A DNA stretch of 35,057 nucleotides, taken from positions 1-35,057 of the IMG/VR virus record IMGVR_UViG_3300046169_000040. The stretch is one strand, 5' to 3'. The DNA comes from a virus (Duplodnaviria > Caudoviricetes). A program made the position numbers and the translations under genes. Of the stretch, positions 28,136 to 35,057 are shown piece by piece. The notes beneath the pieces were generated by a model, which was not told the origin of the DNA, ran no database searches, and saw nothing but the letters and a program-made list of their open reading frames with translations. The stretch's first letter is position 1; every line of letters begins with the position of its first letter.

Positions 28136-28352
28136 AGTCTACGACTTCCGTTGTACTAACGGACATGTCTTTGAAGAATTCGTAAAGCCTGACGTCACAA
28201 CTAGTAGGTGTGGTTGTGGCGCTAACGCTAAACGATTGGTTTCTGCCCCATCTTTCCACCTTGACGGTGCTTCTGGAGATTTTCCAGGTCAGCATATGAA
28301 ATGGGTTAGGGAACATGAAAAAGCAGGCCGTAATAAAAAAGAGGACGCCTAA
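28128..28352 (+). CDS. FmdB-like zinc-ribbon protein
   Basis: YDFRCTNGHVFEE...CGCG...KRLVSAP. Confidence 0.75.
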   Translation: MFKVYDFRCTNGHVFEEFVKPDVTTSRCGCGANAKRLVSAPSFHLDGASGDFPGQHMKWVREHEKAGRNKKEDA

Positions 28353-28410
28353 CGGCTAATCCTTTCTACATTAATCTCCATAACCATAATAAAAGGCGGA
28401 GCAGTTTAAT

Positions 28411-29220
28411 ATGTCAAGAGCGACACTAATTGACGAGCGTATTGAAGACGACTCAACAACTACTGATCTTGAAGCCCAAGCGTTTGATGAGCCAACTCAA
28501 GAAAACCCCATACCGAAAGCCAAACCTAAAGAAGAAGACTTACCTGATAAGTACCAAGGAAAGTCAGTACAAGAAATTGTACAGATGCACCAAGAAGCTG
28601 AAAAGATGCTTGGTCGTCAGTCTTCCGAAGTTGGCGAGTTACGTAAGGTAGTAGACGACTTCATACATACACAACTCGAACAAAAAAACACACCTGTTCA
28701 ACAGCCCGTTGACGAAGATGACGACATTGATTTCTTTACTGATCCAAAATCAGCCGTTAGTAAAGCTATTGAGAATCATCCTAAGATTAAAGAAGCGCAG
28801 GAATACACTACTCAGTACAAGAAGCAAACCGCACTTGCACAACTACAGTCAGAACATCCTGACATGCAAGACATACTAGGTGACGCTAAATTTGCTGAGT
28901 GGATTAAGGCTTCTAAATATAGGACTCAGATGTTTGTAGCAGCAGACCAGGAATATGATTATGACGCTGCTAACGAGTTGTTCAGTCTTTGGAAAGAGCG
29001 TAACCAAATGGTTAAGCAGACAGCCAAAGTAGAACGAACAGCACGTAAACAATCTCTCAAAGCTGCAACTACCGGAACTGCTAGAGGAACAGCAGAGCGA
29101 TCTCGTAAGAAGACTTATCGTCGGGCTGACATAATTAAACTTATGCGAACCGACCCTGAACGCTATCAGTCTATGTCAGACGAAATATTTAAGGCGTACC
29201 AAGAGGGTCGAGTTAAGTAG
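28411..29220 (+). CDS. Capsid scaffolding protein
   Basis: 269 aa; acidic N-terminus, LPDKYQGKS, coiled coil; immediately before the MCP. Confidence 0.75.
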   Translation: MSRATLIDERIEDDSTTTDLEAQAFDEPTQENPIPKAKPKEEDLPDKYQGKSVQEIVQMHQEAEKMLGRQSSEVGELRKVVDDFIHTQLEQKNTPVQQPVDEDDDIDFFTDPKSAVSKAIENHPKIKEAQEYTTQYKKQTALAQLQSEHPDMQDILGDAKFAEWIKASKYRTQMFVAADQEYDYDAANELFSLWKERNQMVKQTAKVERTARKQSLKAATTGTARGTAERSRKKTYRRADIIKLMRTDPERYQSMSDEIFKAYQEGRVK

Positions 29221-29243
29221 CCTAATTATCAAGGAGATTTATC

Positions 29244-30236
29244 ATGGCTGGCGAAACCTCTGGAACTTATTTTACAGCGAATGCTGTAGTTGACAAAACT
29301 GCTGCTGGTACTTTCATCCCAGAAATCTGGAGTGACGAAGTAATTGCAGCTTACCAAAAGAACCTCAAGCTTGCACCTCTTGTAAAGCGTATCCAAATGT
29401 CTGGTAAGAAAGGTGATGTAATTCACATTCCTAAGCCAACACGTGGATCTGCTTCTGCAAAAGCTGAAGCTACTGCGGTAACAATCCAAGCAAACCTAGA
29501 GTCAGAACTGCAGATTGCTGTTGACCGTCACTTCGAGTACTCACGTCTTATCGAAGACATCGTCGAAGTACAGGCGCTTAACAGCCTCCGTCAGTTCTAC
29601 ACTGAAGACGCTGGCTACCAGCTTGCTCTTAAGGTAGACACTGACTTGCACTCAGCAGGTACTGGCTTTGGTAACGGTGGTTCAATCGTGTACTCTGGTT
29701 CAGTAGCTCCTACTGACTATCAGCACACTGGTTGTTTCTTCAACGACAACGGTACAACTACTCAGTACACTGACGACACTCTTGTTTCTGGTGACGACTT
29801 TACTGACGCGTTCTTCCGTGACATGATTCAGAAGATGGACGACAACGACGTTCCTATGGAAAACCGTTGCCTTGTTATTCCACCTGCGACTCGTAATGCT
29901 ATCATGGGCATTGATCGCTATGTGTCTTCTGACTTCGTAAGCGGTCAGTCAGTTAACTCTGGCCTTATCGGTAACCTGTACGGTGTAGACATCTACGTGT
30001 CTTCTAACTGTGCAACTATCGAAGCTGCTGGTGATAACACTGCAGGAACCGTTGATACACGTGCTGCTCTTCTCTTCCACAAAGACGCAATTGTCATGGC
30101 AGAGCAAATGGCCGTACGTTCACAAACCCAGTACAAGCAGGAGTACCTCTCAACTCTGTACACTGCTGACACTTTGTATGGTGTTCAGGTATATCGTCCT
30201 GAAGCTGGTTTCGTTCTCGCAGTACCTTCTGCATAA
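29244..30236 (+). CDS. Major capsid protein
   Basis: 330 aa; FIPEIWS, KGDVIHIP, IGNLYGVDIYVS, DTLYG; AAGGAG RBS; followed by a terminator. Confidence 0.9.
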   Translation: MAGETSGTYFTANAVVDKTAAGTFIPEIWSDEVIAAYQKNLKLAPLVKRIQMSGKKGDVIHIPKPTRGSASAKAEATAVTIQANLESELQIAVDRHFEYSRLIEDIVEVQALNSLRQFYTEDAGYQLALKVDTDLHSAGTGFGNGGSIVYSGSVAPTDYQHTGCFFNDNGTTTQYTDDTLVSGDDFTDAFFRDMIQKMDDNDVPMENRCLVIPPATRNAIMGIDRYVSSDFVSGQSVNSGLIGNLYGVDIYVSSNCATIEAAGDNTAGTVDTRAALLFHKDAIVMAEQMAVRSQTQYKQEYLSTLYTADTLYGVQVYRPEAGFVLAVPSA

Positions 30237-30246
30237 GAACGACAAG

Positions 30247-30270
30247 AGGGGTCAGCAATGGCCCCTTTTT
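30247..30270 (+). terminator. Rho-independent terminator after the MCP
   Basis: AGGGGTCA-GCAA-TGGCCCCT followed by TTTT. Confidence 0.85.
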
Positions 30271-30306
30271 CCTTTCTCCTCCGTTTTTCTGCAATAGGAC
30301 TTTCCG

Positions 30307-33179
30307 ATGTCGAACTATACTAAGACTACAGACTTTGAAGCGAAGGACTCGTTACCTACAGGCGACTCAGGAAAGATCATCCGTGGCGCTGAATTTGAAA
30401 CTGAGTTCGATGCAATCTCTACTGCTATTGCAACCAAAGCTGACACAGCAGGTCCGACCTTTACAGGTACGTTGACCTTTGAAACTATTTCTGACGGAAC
30501 CATTGGTGTCACTGCATTTGTTGACGAAGACAACATGGCATCTAATAGCGCAACTCTGGTTCCCACACAGCAGTCCGTAAAAGCGTACGTTGACTCTGTA
30601 ACCACAGAACTTAATGCTCAAGACCTTGACTTCCAGGCTGACTCAGGCGGCGCACTAAACATTGATTTAGATACTGAGACCATGACGTTTACTGGTGGTA
30701 CTGGTATTGATACGTCTGGCTCAGGTAATACTGTTACCTTTGATATTGACTCTACTGTTACAACCCTTAACAGGCACACAGACGCTTACTAACAAAACAC
30801 TTACTGCTCCTGTTATCTCTGGCAACTTAACTACAGACGGAACTATTGATGGCCGTGATGTTGCTACTGACGGTGCTAAGTTAGACGGCATAGAAGCTGG
30901 TGCTACTGCTGACCAGACTGACGCTGAGATCAGAGCCGCTGTAGAAGCAGCAACTGACTCCAACGTATTTACAGATGCAGACCATACAAAGTTAGACGGT
31001 ATAGAAGCCAGCGCAACGGCAGACCAAACCGACGCTGAAATAAGAGCAGCCGTAGAAGCTGCTACCGACTCTAATGTTTTCACTGACGCAGATCACACAA
31101 AGCTAGATGGCATTGAGGCTAGTGCTACAGCAGATCAGACTGATGCTGAGATTAGAGCCGCAGTAGAAGCTGCTACGGACTCCAATGTATTTACCGATGC
31201 TGACCACACTAAGCTGGACGGTATCGAAGCATTAGCGGACGTAACAGACACAACTAATGTTACTGCTGCTGGTGCCTTGATGGATTCAGAGCTAACTAAC
31301 CTTACTGCTGTTAAGTCTCTGGATCAAGGTGTTGCTACTACTGACAGCCCAACCTTTGCAGGTCTAACGACTACAGCAGACGTATCTTTCGGCGACAACG
31401 ACAAAGCCATTTTCGGTGCTGGCTCTGACCTACAGATTTATCATGATGGTTCTAATAGCTTCATAGCAGATGTGGGAACTGGTAACTTAGGTATACGGGC
31501 AGAAAACTTATTTTTACAAAACGCTGACGGTTCTGCTAACTATGCTACTGCATCTTTAAATGGCGCGTTTACTTTAAGCTATAACAACAGCATCAAACTA
31601 GCCACTACCAACACAGGCATCGACGTAACTGGCACAGTGACTGCTGATGGTTTGACTGTTGCTAATACTGCGGTCATTGCAGGTGATTTTGACGGAGGCA
31701 CTGCGGCTACTTACATAAGACTGCAAGATGACACAGATAACTTTTTGTTTGGCTCAAACAACTCATTAGGCAACTTCTTAATTAAAAATGAGACAGCAGA
31801 TGCTTTAAGGCTGTCAGTTGCTAATACAGGCGACATTAGCTTCTACGAAGACACTGGCACGACTGCGAAGTTGTTCTGGGATGCTTCTGCGGAGTCGTTG
31901 GGTATTGGCACTAGCAGTCCTGAAGAAGCACTTCATGTTTCAGGTTCTTTTGGTGATGCAATTACATCTAAATTTGAAAACACAGGCTCTGCACTTTCAT
32001 ATATAGAATTTGAAAACAGTGCCGCAAGTGGTGCATTAATAGGCGCAAGAGGGCAACGGTTATCGTTTTTGCCTAACGGCACAGAAACAATGGTTATCGA
32101 CTCTAGCGGGAATGTTGGAATTAATCAAACCCCTTCTGCTACTAGTTCTTACATGGTTGCTCTTCAAGTGGGAGAGCAAGCTAACTTATATGGTCATACG
32201 GATGGAACTGGTGCAGGCTCTGCGACATATTTAAGTAATAACATCACGCACAACGGTGCCTTTAAGTATATAAATGCAGACTTAGGCAGTCAGTATACTC
32301 AAGCATCTGGCGGACACATTTTCTCTACTTTTGCTAGTGGTTCTGCGGGTGCAACAGCAACAGAAGTGATTGCTGTGAAAATTGATGCATCAGGCAACTT
32401 GCTGGTTGGTAAGACTAGTGCTGATGACTTTGGCTCTGCTGGCGCTCAAATAGAAGCAGGAGGGCAGATAACTAACTCTGTTGCTTCTGCTCCGTCACTA
32501 CGCTTAAACCGTGGTGGTACAGACGGCGACGTTATAGAGATAAACAAGGCAGGTCAGCCAGTCGGTAGTATTGGTAGTAGCAACTCTGGATATAATTTAT
32601 TTATAACTACTAGCGATACAGGGTTAGCATTTAACTATCTTGCAGATGAAATTGTCCCATGTACAGCAAACGGTGCGTACCGCAATGCGGCAATTGACTT
32701 AGGCGATGCTAATGCGCAATTCAAAGACCTTTACCTGTCAGGCGGTGCATACCTTGGCGGTACTGCGTCAGGCTAACAAGCTGGATGACTATGAAGAAGG
32801 GACGTGGACGCCTACTATTTTCAATGCAACTGTGACATACACTGCTCAAAGAGGGCGATATACAAAAATAGGGCGTGTTGTTTATATTCACTGCTTTATT
32901 CAGATAGCTTCTATATCAGGCGCTAATTCCACAAACATAGTAACGGGGCTTCCGTTTACTTCAAAAAATGACGGCAATTATCCTGCTTTGGCATCAAAAA
33001 CAAACGGTTTTGATTACGGTGGCTCTTCAACAATGTGTACTTTTCAAGTTGTTCCCAATACCACACATATTGCCGGTGTGGGCTCAGGAAACAATCAAAG
33101 CTTTCGTGACCTAAACTCTAGCGGCTTATCAGCAACCGATTGGATTGCCTTTTCGGGTCACTATGTTACAGATTCTTAA
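30307..33179 (+). CDS. Tail fibre protein (three ORF pieces joined by +1 indels at ~30766 and ~32771)
   Basis: Corrected junctions read STVTTLTGTQTLTNKTLT and LGGTASANKLDDYEEGTWTP, both recurrent tail-fibre motifs; GDNDKAIFGAGSDLQIYHDG and GNVGI repeats. Confidence 0.85.
30884..31216 (+). repeat. Three tandem 111-bp (37-aa) repeats in the tail fibre
   Basis: DGIEA(G/S)ATADQTDAEIRAAVEAATDSNVFTDADHTKL at 30884, 30995 and 31106. Confidence 0.95.
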
Positions 33180-33222
33180 TTATCTCAAGTGGACTCTTGA
33201 GACGGACTAAAGGAGAAAGACA

Positions 33223-33501
33223 ATGGCATTAACAGAAGCAAACATTGACGACAAAATCGAAGTCGTAGGCGAACATAAGGCAGTACAGATTCGCACTGCA
33301 CGAGTCATCTATGACGACGGTTCAGAGATTAGTCGTAGCTTTTCACGACGTGTGTTGCACCCATCTACCAAGTCAGGTGACACATGGTCAAACACAGACA
33401 TCTCAGGCGAAAGCGCAGAGATACAAGGAATCTGCAATGCGGCATGGACTGACGCTGTACGCACTGCTTACCAAAACGCAATGGACGCACAAGGAGTTTA
33501 A
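33223..33501 (+). CDS. Small tail-fibre-associated protein
   Basis: 92 aa, AAGGAG RBS, follows the fibre gene. Confidence 0.65.
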   Translation: MALTEANIDDKIEVVGEHKAVQIRTARVIYDDGSEISRSFSRRVLHPSTKSGDTWSNTDISGESAEIQGICNAAWTDAVRTAYQNAMDAQGV

Positions 33502-33504
33502 CTA

Positions 33505-33810
33505 ATGGCTACATGGACAATTGCCAATCTCGAGCGTAACGTGGCAGACGGCGGTGTAACCGTTGCACACTGGCGTGTTACTGAATCTGAAACTGTTGGT
33601 GACGACACATTCACTGCATCCTCATACGGCACTGTAGGCTTTACACCTGACGCTGATGCTGACGGCTTTGTAGCTTACGATGACCTTACTGAGTCTGCTG
33701 TACTGGCATGGGTACACGAGTCAGTCGATCAAGACGCTACTGAGGCGGCACTGACAGCTAACATCGAAGCACAGAAGAACCCTGTGTCTGCTGATGGTAT
33801 GCCTTGGTAA
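33505..33810 (+). CDS. Small tail-associated hypothetical protein
   Basis: 101 aa, AAGGAG RBS; TWTIANLER...GMPW. Confidence 0.65.
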   Translation: MATWTIANLERNVADGGVTVAHWRVTESETVGDDTFTASSYGTVGFTPDADADGFVAYDDLTESAVLAWVHESVDQDATEAALTANIEAQKNPVSADGMPW

Positions 33811-34172
33811 TGCCTGAGATTGATGACAACACCAGAGTAGCTATACCGCTAAGGAACTTAGTTGCTCTTGGTGCTGGCATCGTTATGGCTACTACTGCTT
33901 ACGTAACTCTTGACACTCGTATCATCTCTATTGAACACGGTCAAGAAATACAGAACATGAACATACTGGAAAACTCTGCGTTTGTTCGTGAATGGCCTTT
34001 AGGTCTACGTGGTGCTTTACCAGACGATCTTATACAGAACGCTAAGATTATGGCTCTGGAAGAACGCAACGTAGAGATACACGAGTTACGTAGGCAGCTA
34101 AATAAAGTAGAAGTAGAAATTGGTAAACTGAATGCACAGGTGACTGTAGATCACCAAAGCGGTAAGGAATAG
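33810..34172 (+). CDS. Membrane-anchored coiled-coil protein
   Basis: TAATG coupling; N-terminal hydrophobic helix and C-terminal coiled coil. Confidence 0.6.
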   Translation: MPEIDDNTRVAIPLRNLVALGAGIVMATTAYVTLDTRIISIEHGQEIQNMNILENSAFVREWPLGLRGALPDDLIQNAKIMALEERNVEIHELRRQLNKVEVEIGKLNAQVTVDHQSGKE

Positions 34173-34174
34173 TC

Positions 34175-34372
34175 ATGTCAGATCTAGAGCAAGCATTAAG
34201 TCGGTTAGAAGCTCATGAGCGTGAGTGTAGTATTCGTTATGAAATGATTCAGATGCAACTGGACGCACACAATCAACGCTTTGACAAACTAGAGAAGATG
34301 ATGACGGGTGGCTTTGCTTCTATTGCTATTATTGTGACTATGGCTATTGCTATCTTGGAGTTTGCTAGATGA
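34175..34372 (+). CDS. Small coiled-coil plus C-terminal TM protein (XhlA/holin-like)
   Basis: RLEAHERECSIRY...RFDKLEK followed by a TM segment. Confidence 0.6.
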   Translation: MSDLEQALSRLEAHERECSIRYEMIQMQLDAHNQRFDKLEKMMTGGFASIAIIVTMAIAILEFAR

Positions 34373-34767
34373 TTGAGTCGCTCATAGGGCCTGTTACAGG
34401 GCTTCTGGACAAGTTTGTACAGGACAAGGACCAGAAGGCTAGGTTAGCTCATGAAGTCGCTACAATGGCTCAGAGACACGCTCAGGAGCTTGCTAAGTCA
34501 CAACTAGAGGTTAACAAGGTAGAAGCAGCACACAAGTCCTTATTTGTCTCTGGTTGGAGACCTGCTGTTGGCTGGTGTTGCGTACTAGGTATGATGGGCA
34601 ACTTTATGGTCATACCGTTTACCAACTTTGTTTTAGCTCTATTAGCTATTGAAGTCACTATACCGCTCATTGACCTAGAGACTATGATGCCTGTACTAAT
34701 GGGTATGCTTGGTCTTGGTGCTATGCGCTCTTATGAAAAAACCAAGGGCGTATCAAGGGAAAAGTAA
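34369..34767 (+). CDS. Holin, 3TM gene-transfer-agent type
   Basis: LFVSGWRPAVGW motif and GMLGLGAMRSYEK. Confidence 0.75.
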   Translation: MIESLIGPVTGLLDKFVQDKDQKARLAHEVATMAQRHAQELAKSQLEVNKVEAAHKSLFVSGWRPAVGWCCVLGMMGNFMVIPFTNFVLALLAIEVTIPLIDLETMMPVLMGMLGLGAMRSYEKTKGVSREK

Positions 34768-35057
34768 ATGGCTAAAAGTTCTCGAGGAATGTTTACAGGT
34801 GGGAGCATGTACTCAGGAGGTACGCCTACCTTTGATGAAACTGTAGGCCAACCAACACTGCCAACTAGTGGGGTCAAAGGCGGTCCCACAAAGCAAGCCC
34901 CTATAGTTAGACCACCTTCTACTTCAGAACCTGCTCCTGCTCCAGAGCCAGAAACAGAAGAAATGACCTTTACGTTTATAGAAGGTAGGGAAAGAGGAGG
35001 AGCACAACAGAACTATCTTTATGGTCAGGAAGGAGAAGTTCGACAGGTTACTGTAGA
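34768..35057 (+). CDS. N-terminus of the giant repeat protein (runs off the end and joins position 1)
   Basis: ATG right after the holin stop; open to the end (MAKSSRGMFTGG...EVRQVTV). Terminal GA plus C1 makes GAC, in frame with ORF 83. Confidence 0.8.
   Translation, partial: MAKSSRGMFTGGSMYSGGTPTFDETVGQPTLPTSGVKGGPTKQAPIVRPPSTSEPAPAPEPETEEMTFTFIEGRERGGAQQNYLYGQEGEVRQVTV

Noticed and set aside
4064-32776. Stop-codon reassignment (alternative genetic code)
   Set aside because: Interrupted genes continue in a different frame, not by read-through; TAA, TAG and TGA all end normal genes.
30307-33179. Diversity-generating retroelement or invertible tail-fibre cassette
   Set aside because: No reverse transcriptase, recombinase, or template/variable repeat pair seen.

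Overview
The window appears to be a complete, circularly permuted genome (35,057 bp) of a lytic, probably marine, podovirus-type dsDNA phage. The last ORF (34768-35057) joins position 1 exactly in frame. There are two divergent arms. The minus-strand arm (11294-21449) has small early genes, including a stand-alone sigma70 region-4 HTH, then SSB, T7-like primase-helicase, HNH, family A DNA polymerase, PD-(D/E)XK nuclease, endonuclease I, DUF3310-like protein and class II ribonucleotide reductase. The plus-strand arm (22033 round to 11268) has TerS, M15 peptidase, TerL, portal, four small Lys-rich proteins, an orphan QueC-like enzyme, scaffold, major capsid, tail fibre, holins, a ~1630-aa acidic repeat protein, tail and ejection proteins. 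No RNA polymerase, integrase, tRNA or CRISPR was seen. The layout resembles SIO1/cobavirus-like phages (inference, not searched). Six single-base insertions break four genes and are most likely sequencing errors. The most interesting signals are: (1) the 580-bp divergent spacer, with two near-consensus sigma54 -24/-12 sites bracketing DnaA boxes; (2) the QueC-like gene coupled to the basic peptide cluster; (3) the giant helical-repeat protein; (4) an iteron-like repeat array.
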